A program made the position numbers and the translations under genes. Shown here one piece after another: positions 51,976 to 62,000 of a stretch of DNA of 64,000 nt (position 1 is its first letter; each line of letters begins with the position of its first letter). The notes under the pieces were generated by a model. That model did not search any database, was not told where the DNA came from, and worked only from the letters and a program-made list of their open reading frames with translations. Source of the stretch: Candidatus Oxydemutatoraceae bacterium (lineage in GTDB: Bacteria > Pseudomonadota > Gammaproteobacteria > Poriferisulfidales > Oxydemutatoraceae); assembly GCA_965218975.1 (NCBI GenBank), contig OZ244717.1:224001-288000 (forward strand), in the 5' to 3' direction.

Positions 51976-53400
51976 ATGAATCAATCAGCATTAAACAAAC
52001 AAATAAATAAAGAGCAGATTGATAGTTTGAAAAATGACGCAAAAGCTCTTTCAGCTTTTTTACAAGATCGGAGCGATGGCGCAATTATTTATGTACTAAA
52101 AAAGTTAGGGAGACTAAAGAATGGATATAACAAGCAGCCATTACTAAATCTTTTAAACAATAGTAACGAGACAATCAGGTCGCTTGCAATAAAAAATCTT
52201 GCAAAAATAAGTGATACTTCTTTATTAAACACTTTTATAGAATTTGCTAAACAAGATGAAAGCAGCGAAGTTAGACGGGAGTCCGTTTCCGCTATTGGGA
52301 GGTTAAGAAATGAAAAAACGATTCCGGTGCTGACTCAATTGTTGTCGGATAAAGATCCGAAAGTTGTCATGCAAGCTATAAGGGGATTACTTGTTTTTTC
52401 AAAAAAAAGCCAAGTAAGGGGAGAATTATCAAGATTGCTTGATCATCCGAATGAATTAATCAAAGAAGTTATCAGTAAAGAAATAAATGGGGCAAGCCAT
52501 AGATCGAAAGATAATGGGAAGCATGATGAGTTTCCGGTTTATCTTAAGAATACGATTGTTCACGGTAATGTTGTAGAGATATTAAAACACGTTCCTGATG
52601 AGTCTGTTCATCTCACTTTTACTTCACCACCTTATTATAATGCCAGAAATTATTCAATTTACCAAAGTTACAATGAGTATTTGCAGTTTCTAGAAGAAGT
52701 TTTTAAGGGAATTCATCGGGTTACAAAAGAAGGCAGATTTTTTATACTTAATACATCACCGATCATTATTCCAAGGATAAGCAGATCTCACGCTAGCAAA
52801 AGGTACCCTATCCCTTATGATATTCATCCGTTATTAATAAAAATGGGATGGGAATTTATTGATGATATTGTGTGGGTAAAACCAGAAGCAAGTGTGAAAA
52901 ATAGAAATGCGGGTTTTCTGCAGCACAGGAAGCCATTGGCTTATAAACCAAATGCGATTTCTGAAATGTTAATGGTTTATAGAAAAGAAACGGACAAGTT
53001 AATTGATTGGAATATGCATAAGTATGGTCGGGGTAAAGTTGAGAGGAGTAAGGTTACAGGCAAATATGAAACTACAAATGTTTGGTATATTGACCCGACT
53101 TTTGATAGGGTCCATAGTGCAGTTTTCCCTTTAGAGTTATGTGATCGTGTTATCAAATATTATTCATTTGTTGATGATTTAATTTTTGACCCGTTTGCAG
53201 GGAGCGGAACTCTTGGCAAAGCAGCCGTTAATTTAAACCGACATTTCTTTTTAACGGAAAAAGACTCAAGATATGTCAGTTATATGAAAGAAGATTTAAT
53301 TAAGGGGTATGGCTTATTTAACGGGAGAGACTCGCAACCGAACTTCGTAGATATTAATAGTTTCATAACTTTAATTAAAGAAAAATATGACAATAACTGA
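51976..53400 (+). CDS. Beta-class (probably m4C) DNA methyltransferase with N-terminal HEAT repeats
   Basis: HEAT repeats (IRSLAIKNLAKI, VRRESVSAIGRL, VVMQAIRGL), then FTSPPY and later DPFAGSGT; AT-rich. Confidence 0.88.
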   Translation: MNQSALNKQINKEQIDSLKNDAKALSAFLQDRSDGAIIYVLKKLGRLKNGYNKQPLLNLLNNSNETIRSLAIKNLAKISDTSLLNTFIEFAKQDESSEVRRESVSAIGRLRNEKTIPVLTQLLSDKDPKVVMQAIRGLLVFSKKSQVRGELSRLLDHPNELIKEVISKEINGASHRSKDNGKHDEFPVYLKNTIVHGNVVEILKHVPDESVHLTFTSPPYYNARNYSIYQSYNEYLQFLEEVFKGIHRVTKEGRFFILNTSPIIIPRISRSHASKRYPIPYDIHPLLIKMGWEFIDDIVWVKPEASVKNRNAGFLQHRKPLAYKPNAISEMLMVYRKETDKLIDWNMHKYGRGKVERSKVTGKYETTNVWYIDPTFDRVHSAVFPLELCDRVIKYYSFVDDLIFDPFAGSGTLGKAAVNLNRHFFLTEKDSRYVSYMKEDLIKGYGLFNGRDSQPNFVDINSFITLIKEKYDNN

Positions 53401-54298
53401 ACAGACAGTAAAAAATATAATAAGGAATCTTTTAAAAGGAAAGGATTACAGAATTGAAATTATTACTCTTATTGATACTAGATTTTTACAGTTCGCCATT
53501 TATTTTTTCAAGCTTATAGTTGACGCAAAATTAAAAAGCGAAGATATCACTGTCGATTGGTATAAAAAATCTTTTTTGAATCCGAGTTTGCCGACAAAAG
53601 AAATCGCCATCAATTCCGGCTTAAATAAAAAGACAATTCATAACATGTTTAATTCCTCGACAAAAGAAATCGTCATTGATGCTTCAAATAAACATTATGA
53701 TCTTTTACATAAATCCATTAAAGATTTAGTTGATGCTAAACACGAGATTGAATTAGTTTTAACAATTAAATTTAAAGGAATTAGCGTTGATCTTAATATC
53801 AATGAAAGCTTAATTGTAATAAATGCCTTAGCTGTGAAAAGATCAGAGTTGAGGGGTGGGTTTTGGAGCACTGCCGGGAAAAGAGTTGAAAAACCATTGA
53901 TGCAGACACTTTGTAAGCTGTACAGTGTATCCGAAAGAAACTATTTTTTAAAAATAAAAGGAGAAAACACGAAAGATGACTTTGAGAGAGAAGTAGACTT
54001 TTATTTGGTGGGCGGAAACAACCGACATAAATGCGAAGTAAAATTAATGGGACGAGGAAATCCGGAAAGTGCCGATGCCGTTATAGCAAGGGGGAGTAAG
54101 GTTTTTGTGGCCGATAAATTATCCGATACTAATAAAAAGCAGTTGGATAGTTTAAATGTTGAGTGGGTTGAATTAAGGAGTAGTGGTGGATTTGAGAAAT
54201 TTGATACGGTATTAGAAAATTTGAAAATTCCACATATAAGATCACTCAGTAACATAGATGAAAGATTAGAAGTAGCATTGAAAGAGATTTTTCATTAA
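53387..54298 (+). CDS. CfrBI-family type II restriction endonuclease
   Basis: GLNKKTIHN, WSTAGKRVEKPLM, REVDF, CEVKLMGRGNPESADAVIAR; overlaps the methylase stop. Confidence 0.8.
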   Translation: MTITEQTVKNIIRNLLKGKDYRIEIITLIDTRFLQFAIYFFKLIVDAKLKSEDITVDWYKKSFLNPSLPTKEIAINSGLNKKTIHNMFNSSTKEIVIDASNKHYDLLHKSIKDLVDAKHEIELVLTIKFKGISVDLNINESLIVINALAVKRSELRGGFWSTAGKRVEKPLMQTLCKLYSVSERNYFLKIKGENTKDDFEREVDFYLVGGNNRHKCEVKLMGRGNPESADAVIARGSKVFVADKLSDTNKKQLDSLNVEWVELRSSGGFEKFDTVLENLKIPHIRSLSNIDERLEVALKEIFH

Positions 54299-54432
54299 AA
54301 AGAATTTGCTGCCAAGCCAAGCAAGGTTTTGGATACTTTTAGTGCGGCCGCTAAGAAAGCTGTTCCCACTGTTGTTCGCCGTTAAGCACGAGAAAAAAAT
54401 AAAAATTTTCCAGTATTGGAGTTGAAGAATAG

Positions 54433-54493
54433 TGGAGAGGGAAGGGGTCGAACCCCGGACCCCGTGAAGGATCAATGGTTTTCAAGGCCATCG
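54433..54493 (-). pseudogene. 3' fragment of tRNA-Ser(TGA), possible att-site remnant
   Basis: Minus strand ATGGC-CTTGAAA-ACCAT (anticodon arm), long variable arm GATCCTTCACGGGGTC, GGGGTTCGACCCC T arm, then TTCCCTCTCCA. D arm and 5' acceptor strand are missing. Confidence 0.65.
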
Positions 54494-54608
54494 TTTCTTG
54501 ACTTCGTAGGTTTTGGCTCATAAGCGATTGCCCATGAGTGATTGAGCCAGTGCCCTCAGGATTCTCAGGGGCACTACATTTATAGTGTTGCTTGCAACGC
54601 TCCCGTGC

Positions 54609-54960
54609 TCAGTTTCCTCCGGGGCGCGACTTGCTCGGAAGCGGGAACGGAGCTTCGTCCCATTTCAAACCTACGCTACGGTAGGTCCTGTTGACGTCCG
54701 CACTCGCGCCGGATCCGCCACCCTGTCCCGCTTGATAGACCCGGTCGAGATTCAGTAGAACGCCGCCGCTTCGCTCCAGCCCGTACACCGTGGCGCGCTT
54801 GCTCTGCGGCTGTGCGATACGCGCCAGTACCAGCTCGCGCAGGATGCGATTGGCCGCCATACGGCGCGCACCCAACACCTAGTTCCATCCGAGGTGCGAA
54901 TAAATCTGCGCGAACGCCTCGTGCACCCCAAGCGTCAGACGCGTTTCCTCACGGCATTTA
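54609..54960 (-). pseudogene. IS1634-like transposase relic
   Basis: LRELVLARIAQPQSKRATVYGLERSGGVLLNLDRVYQ; fused to unrelated pieces. Confidence 0.55.
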
Positions 54961-54989
54961 GCCAGATCCGCCGATGCCTCTTGCACGGC

Positions 54990-55161
54990 GCTTTGCCGCG
55001 GTCATGCAAGGCGCTGAGCCCAGTGCGGCGATAACGCTGGCGCCAGCGGTACAAAGTACTGCGACCGACCTTGAATACGTTCGGGAGTTATAACCTCCCA
55101 AAATAATAGGGCAGTATATTTCTGTTGAAGCTTAGAATGCTCATGAGCCTCCATTATTGAA
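54990..55161 (-). mobile_element. 5' fragment of a further IS481 relic, cut by the adjacent copy
   Basis: Closely similar to 56330-56500 (GAGGCTCATGAGC..AAATATACTGCCCTATTATTTT..). Confidence 0.7.
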
Positions 55162-55162
55162 G

Positions 55163-56615
55163 TATACGATGCCACCCTAAATGGGATTTTTGAAGCGCTT
55201 CGAGAGAAGCGTTCGACAGTAACATTCGGGGATCGGTGTTTTCTGTCCGTTGCCGACATGAGGGCGGTGCGGGGTGAGACGCGCCCGGAAAACCAATTGG
55301 TTTTCAGCGGTGAACGACCCGACAAGGACGTCGGGGCTGGGGCTTGTTGACAGAACCCAGTCGCGTCATGGACGACAGGCACTTTACCGACAATCCGGCA
55401 CAATCCGCCGACAATCCGGCACAATCCGCCGACAATTCGCACAATCCACCACCAAACTACAAAATGGTTTCATAACCGGTCATTGAATGCTTCCGTATCG
55501 GTAAATAGCAGGTCTTCTGCATGATCGATACAATCTTCTTGGACGGTGCGGCTGAAGCGCTTGATGTGCGCGTTCATTTTCGGACACTTGGGATAGGTCA
55601 GCCACTGCTCAATCACGGGCGATTCCCGGATGAGCCGGGCAAACTGTCCTTGAAACTCACTACCGCCGTCCGTCAAGATATATTTTACCGGTGGCGGTAG
55701 CACCGCCAGGGTCAAGCGCAGAAATGCGGCAGCACTGCGGCTGTTACAGCAGTTGGTTGCCACTGCCGTTGCCATGCGGGTATAGACATCAATGGCCGTT
55801 AAGACGGTGCGGCGCATCCCGTGCTGATAACGCACAATTGTATCTAGGGCGATGCAATGCTCCGGATACTGTGCTTTGAAGTCTTTCGGCTTGTGTGCCC
55901 TGCAACGGCGCTTAAACGGTCGTTTTGTTTGTCCTTTGGCATTCGTGCGCTGCGGAACACGGCGCATTTTATCCGGCGCATCCGCGGTCAGGCGCGCAAT
56001 CGTGCGGACACTCGGGCAGGGTGAGACGCGCCCGGAAAACCGATCGGTTTTCAGCGGCGAACGACCCGACAAGGACGTCGGGGCTAGGGCTTGTTGACAG
56101 AACCAAGTCTCGTCATGGGTGAGACGCGCCCGGAAAACCAATTGGTTTTCAGCGGCGAACGACCCGACAAGGACGTCGGGGCTGGGGCTTGTTGACAGAA
56201 CCCAGTCGCGTCATGGACGACAGGCACTTTGCCGACAATCCGGCACAATCCGCCGACAATCCGGCAACAAGCGCAAAACGGTTTCACACTGAATCGGTTG
56301 GCTAGGTCCGTCGGCGCCTCTTGCGCGGCGCTCTGGTGCGGCCATGCAAGGCGCTGAACCCAATGCGGCGATAGCGCTAGCGCCAACAGCACTAAAGTAC
56401 TGCGACCGACCTTAAATGCGTTCGGGAGTTACAACCCTCCTAAAATAATAGGGCAGCATATTTCTGTTGAAGTTTAGAGCGCTCATGAGCCTCCATTCTT
56501 GAAGCTAAATTGGCTCATATAGAAACCTTTGATGCGGTGGCCGATGTGTTGATATTGCATATCGGTCACCTTTTTGAGTTAAGCCGTGAGTCCCATACGT
56601 ATCTGGCACTATACA
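55163..56615 (-). mobile_element. Longest IS481-family relic, with both ends and 3 structured repeats (55270-55371, 56017-56216)
   Basis: Ends TATACGATGCCACCCTA and TGTATAGTGCCAGATAC; core IALDT..ILTDGGSEF..KMNAHIKRFSRT; the catalytic Glu appears replaced by Lys. Confidence 0.85.
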
Positions 56616-56761
56616 GTGCCAAGCACTAATTCCGAGTAGTGCGCAATAGAGTGGCATTATGCAAAGGATCATAGCTAAATCATTAGGGCCATACGAAAGT
56701 TATCTCATCGTCTTGTGTAGACATTAGTAAATGTTTTTGACATTAAAGTTGACCTTGCCAC

Positions 56762-57952
56762 TTATTTTTTACTTGAAGATGTACCGGATAGCTTGTTCAA
56801 TGCTTTATCTATTAAGGCTATTGCCTCATCAATGTTTTGATCGGAAGTATTAAATCCAAGACTGAATCTGATTGACGACTCAGCCTCATCACTTGTCAAC
56901 CCTATGGCTTTGAGAACATGAGATGGCTCTTGAGTGCCCGAAGCGCATGCCGAACCGATTGATGCCGCAAGACGTGGTTGCAACACATTCAGGATATCAT
57001 GTGCTGTAAACCCCTTGAATCCGATGTTGGCATTGCCCGGGTGTCTGTATTCGACAGGGGGGCCGCACAGCGTCATGGGCCATGACAACGCCAACAGTTT
57101 GTCGACAAATCGGTCCCGGTGTCTGCACAATTGTTCACGCTTATTCCTTGCTTGATCAGAACATAAGTATTCTGCTGCCGCTCCCATTCCAACGCATAAC
57201 GGTGTAGGCAAAGTTCCGGAACGCAGTCCGTTCTGTTGTCCGCCACCGTAGATCAGAGGTTCAATGCTTTCTTGTAAGTCACGACGGATATAGAGCGCGC
57301 CAATTCCCTTGGGACCATATATTTTATGCCCTGAAAGACTCAACAGGTCGGTATCATTTGCAAAGTTTTGCATATCTATCGCAATAGGCGCCTGAGCGGC
57401 ATCACAATGAAAGATGGCGCCGGATTGTCTGATTAAGCCGGATAAATTCGCGATATCCTGTATGGTTCCTATCTCATTGTTTACCGCCATAATCGAGACG
57501 ATCAGCACGTCATCAGTGAGGCTGCGTTCCAAGTCCGGCAGTAAGATGTGTCCGGATTCGTCAACCGGAAGCAATTCGACCTGAAAACCGAGCTGCTCGT
57601 TCAATACGCGCCCGACGGCGAGCACACTCTTGTGCTCAATTGCGCTAAGAAGGATTTTTTTTCTTGCAGCGCCCTCTGCCGCCGCATGTTTTGCTAACCC
57701 TAGCAAAGCTAAATTGTTGGACTCGGTTGCCCCGGACGTGAACACGATTTCATCGGCATCGGCGGCGATCAAGCGGGCAACTTGCTGCGCCGCTTTTTCC
57801 ACAGCGCGAAAACTTTCCCAACCAGGCGCATGATCTGCCGAATGCGGACTGGCATAGGATTCCGAGAAGTACGGACGCATTTCACGCAACACTCTGTCGG
57901 AAACCGGCGTCGTTGCCTGATAGTCAAAATACAGATATTCTGATGCGTTCAT
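56762..57952 (-). CDS. Cysteine desulfurase (IscS/DndA/SspA type)
   Basis: DYQATTP, FTSGATESNN, VNNEIG, DAAQ, SGHKIYGPKG, RSGT, GSACAS; start reassigned to MNASEY. Confidence 0.93.
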   Translation of the reverse strand: MNASEYLYFDYQATTPVSDRVLREMRPYFSESYASPHSADHAPGWESFRAVEKAAQQVARLIAADADEIVFTSGATESNNLALLGLAKHAAAEGAARKKILLSAIEHKSVLAVGRVLNEQLGFQVELLPVDESGHILLPDLERSLTDDVLIVSIMAVNNEIGTIQDIANLSGLIRQSGAIFHCDAAQAPIAIDMQNFANDTDLLSLSGHKIYGPKGIGALYIRRDLQESIEPLIYGGGQQNGLRSGTLPTPLCVGMGAAAEYLCSDQARNKREQLCRHRDRFVDKLLALSWPMTLCGPPVEYRHPGNANIGFKGFTAHDILNVLQPRLAASIGSACASGTQEPSHVLKAIGLTSDEAESSIRFSLGFNTSDQNIDEAIALIDKALNKLSGTSSSKK

Positions 57953-58053
57953 CGGTAAGTCTTCAATCTTGAAATATCCTATAATACCAGAGACAGTCTT
58001 CAGGAATATAACCTTGAGACTATAATACATGTTCCGATAACAGGACGACGAAT

Positions 58054-59028
58054 ATGACACGACGCGGCCCCCTATGTAGACAGGATTACAAACCGCACTT
58101 TTTAGGACACGAAACATTTCCCCTGCGCTATGGGTGGCTGAAAAAAGTCTATGACCGTGTGTCCCGCACCGAGAGAAATAAAAACAACAAAGCCCTGTGT
58201 TGGGGTGATAACGCTATTGCCTTGTTTGGTGTCGGTAAAAATATGGTTGCGTCAATGCGCCATTGGTCAATTGCGGCGGGAATAATTGAAGAGCCTTTAG
58301 GCGCAAATAAGGTGATTACAACCAAGATTGGCCGACAACTGTTCGGCAACGGCGGCCTTGATCCTTACTTGGAGCACCAAACATCTCTATGGCTAATCCA
58401 TTGGAAGCTGGCAACGGAGTGGAAAAAAAAGACCACTTGGTTTTGGGCTTTCAATCACTACTACGCCGTACAGTTTGAGCAGGATAAGTTTGTCAAAAGA
58501 CTTGAGCGCCTGGCAAAACATCTCGGGTGGCCACATGCCGCACATAGGACCATCAAAAATGACGTTGTCTGTTTTATTCGAACCTATACGACTCATCCCC
58601 TTGCCTCAAAAACGGGATGCGATGATTTACTCGGGTCGCCCCTAGCAGAGCTAGGCCTCATAAAGCCGTTCTCTCGAAAGGGTGAGTTCAGATTTGTTCA
58701 CGGCCCGAAATCAACCTTGGGCAAAGGCGCTTTTGTTTATGCTCTTCTTGAGTTTTGGTCAAATTTTTCTCCCGCTACTTCAACACTTTCGTTTGAGGCG
58801 ATTACCTACGAGCCCGGGTCGCCGGGACGCGCTTTTCTGCTTGATGAGAACGACGCGGCCGAGAGATTATCTGACATTGACGATATTACCGGCGGTGCGC
58901 TGCGGTGGTCGGAGACGGCAGGATTGAAGCAGGTCGTGCGGAACCCCGGCTTTGCGATAGATTCTGATTATGCTCTTCGGCTCATAAAAAATGATTATGA
59001 CGATTCTGCTTGCATGAAGGCAGCGTAG
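58054..59028 (+). CDS. DUF4007-family protein (SspB-like)
   Basis: GHETFPLRYGWLKK, FGVGKNMVASMRHW, DPYLE..LWLIHW, PLAELGL, SPGRAF, ETAGLKQ. Confidence 0.88.
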   Translation: MTRRGPLCRQDYKPHFLGHETFPLRYGWLKKVYDRVSRTERNKNNKALCWGDNAIALFGVGKNMVASMRHWSIAAGIIEEPLGANKVITTKIGRQLFGNGGLDPYLEHQTSLWLIHWKLATEWKKKTTWFWAFNHYYAVQFEQDKFVKRLERLAKHLGWPHAAHRTIKNDVVCFIRTYTTHPLASKTGCDDLLGSPLAELGLIKPFSRKGEFRFVHGPKSTLGKGAFVYALLEFWSNFSPATSTLSFEAITYEPGSPGRAFLLDENDAAERLSDIDDITGGALRWSETAGLKQVVRNPGFAIDSDYALRLIKNDYDDSACMKAA

Positions 59029-62000
59029 TGGCACTAATTGATCAAATTCATATCGCGCGGCGTTTCCAAAAATCAATCCGCATTGATGCCGATTTCGGCG
59101 AACGCGATGCGCTGCACGGATTTATATGCCCTCGGTCATCGGGGAATACTCTGCTATCCATGGCCCGGCACGTGTCGGAGACCAACCAAGGCGCTTTTAC
59201 TTGGACCGGTCCGTACGGCAGCGGAAAATCTAGTCTTATCGTTGCTTTAAGCGCATTGCTCGGCGGTAATCCGCATTTGCGAGAACAAGCCGCCGCGATT
59301 TTTGGCCGAACGCTTACTAATGCGATACGAGGAATGCTTCCGGCAGGGATGAAGGGTTGGCGGGTAGTGCCGGTGATAGGGAGGCGAGATGACCCTGTTG
59401 ATGTTATCGGACGCACCTTAGAGACAACGGGGCTTGTCGCTCGCCGGCCTCGCGGCGGCTGGACCGAAGATCTTCTTATTACCAATTTGATGGAAGGCGC
59501 GACAAACAAGGTTTACGGCGGGTTGATCTTATTCGTTGACGAGATGGGAAAATTCCTTGAGGCGGCCGCACAAGACGAGGTGGATATTTATATTTTCCAG
59601 CAACTTGCCGAAACCGCCTCGCGAAGCAACGGGCGACTCCTCGTCATTGGTATATTGCACCAGGCGTTTGAAGAATATGCGCACCGCTTGTCTTACGAAA
59701 TGCGCGATGAGTGGGCCAAGATACAAGGACGCTTCATTGATCTTCCGGTTAACACGACCGGCGAAGAACAAATTGACCTTATTTCCCGCGCAATCGGAAA
59801 CAACCGCCGTGCCGGTAAACCGAGCGCGCCATCTGTAACCGTGGCACAGTCGGTATATCGCGGTCGCACCGGCGATGCTCGGCAATTAGCCCGGATGCTG
59901 GAAAATTGCCGGCCGTTGCATCCTGTTGTCGCGTGTTTGCTCGGGCCGATATCGCGCCGGCGCTTTGGCCAAAACCAACGCAGTATATTTGGCTTTCTCA
60001 ATTCAGCCGAACCTCACGGTTTTCAGGATTATCTGCGCACCGCAAACGGAAACAGTCGCTACGGGCCCGAAAAGCTTTGGGATTATTTGCAGACAAATCT
60101 CGAGCCGTCCATTCTCGCCTCGCCGGACAGTCATCGATGGGCATTTGCGGCGGAAGCCATAGAGCGCTGTGAGTCTGTCGGGGGAGATATCTTCCATGTC
60201 AATTTATTAAAAACGATCGCGGTTATCGATCTTTTTAAGGAACGATCGGGACTCGTAGCCGGTTTCGATCTGCTTAAATCATGTTTTCCCGGTATCACGG
60301 CAAAATCTTTAAAGCAAGGTCTAAAACGGCTGGACGATTGGTCGTTGACCGTATTCAAAAAATTTCAGGATGCATACGCCGTATTTGCCGGCAGCGACTT
60401 TGATATTGACCGGGCTGTCGGCAAGGCATTGGAGGAAATTGACGAAATTGATTTTGCCGCACTGAAATCGTTGGCGGGGCTTCAGCCGATTCTTGCCAAG
60501 CGCCACTATTACGAAACCGGAGCAATGCGCTGGTTTGACGTAGATATCACTTCGGCGTGTGATGTTGCGGAATCCGTAGCTCGGTTCGAAACGAAAAACG
60601 ATGTGATCGGTCAGTTCCTGTCGGTAATCCCGACAAAAGGAGAAGATGAAGATACGGTTAAAAAATTGTGCCGCGACGCAGCAAAGTCGCACGGTCAATG
60701 GGGCATCATCGTCGGGTTTTCCGAGTACTCCCGGGCTGTTGTTGCCCTCGCGCGCGAGCTGCTGGCGACGGATAAAGTAAATAACGAATCTCCCGAGTTG
60801 GCGGGCGATACCGTTGCGCGCCGCGAAGTGTCCGCCCGTCTTGCTGAGTTGCAAGCCCTGCTTGAGCGCGAGCTGAATAAGTCTTTTGACCGAGCCGAAT
60901 GGTATCGCAAACATTGCGTTCCCAAGCCGTATCGCCGAGCCGATTTGAATAATCTGGTTTCTAAGCTTGCCGATAAGCGCTTTGATCAGTGCCCCAAGAT
61001 TCGTAACGAACTTTTAAATAGACAAAAACCTTCCGGCAGCGCCGCCGGCGCGCGGAATGCCTTGTTACGTTGTATGGTCCGGAACGAGGGCAAGCCTCGC
61101 CTCGGAATAGAGGGCTACCCTGCTGAAGGCGGTTTGTTCGCATCTATACTCGAGACGACAGGCCTGTATTCCGAAGCGCGTGCAGGAAAATGGCATTTTA
61201 CGGCACCACCCCAAGGCAAGACTGACAAGTGCAGGATATTTCCTATGTGGAATGCGGCTGTCCGACACATCAAAAAAAATAATCAGCGTCCCGTGCCGGT
61301 ATCGGAACTCTACGACAAGATTTGGTCTCAACCGCCCTACGGGGTCAAGGCGGGATTGGTGCCCGTTTTATCCGTTGCATTTATATTGTCGCAGCGTAAC
61401 AACGTAGCGGTATATCGCGAGAGTATTTTTCGTGCCCGTTTTGACGATATTGACATGGAATATATGGTCAAGAACGCTGCGGCCATACAGTTGCGCTGGA
61501 TGAGGCTCAACAGTACGTCGCGCCGCTTATTGTCCGATATGACCGAGGTCGTGCGCGACTTGAACAAGAACAACAAACTGCTTCATCCGGAGCCGATTGA
61601 CGTGGCGCGCGGTTTGGTTGCAATTTACGAACGATTGCCTCAGTGGGCTAAGCGCACGATGAGGCTCTCGGCAAACGCGATCAGAGTGCGCGATATTTTT
61701 AAGCACGCATACGACCCTAATAAATTCTTGTTTGACGATATTCCTACATTGTCGGAAGGGAAGAGGACGGGCCCTTCAGGCGCAAAAGCTATTCGGAAAA
61801 TTGTTTCCTTGGTAAATGAAGGCTTGCAAGAGCTTGTGCAGGCCTATCCTTTGATGCTCCGTCGTATGCGCGACGTTATGTTGGCAGAATTGCAGGTTCC
61901 GAACGCATCAAGGCAATCTCTTGCGGAATTAAGAGACCGAGCTACCAATATAAAAGAGTTGGCGGGTGATTTCCGTCTGGATGCTTTTATCGGGAGAATC

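Noticed and set aside
54433-54520. Functional tRNA-Ser gene
   Set aside because: D arm and 5' acceptor strand are absent and the anticodon stem has a mismatch; kept as a fragment only.
55470-56141. Intact IS481 transposase
   Set aside because: The N-terminus is translated repeat sequence, the catalytic Glu appears to be Lys, and the ORF stops at the second cassette.
56762-57952. Housekeeping iscS of an isc operon
   Set aside because: No iscR/iscU/iscA neighbours; it is divergent from DUF4007-ATPase-PAPS reductase genes in a mobile region.
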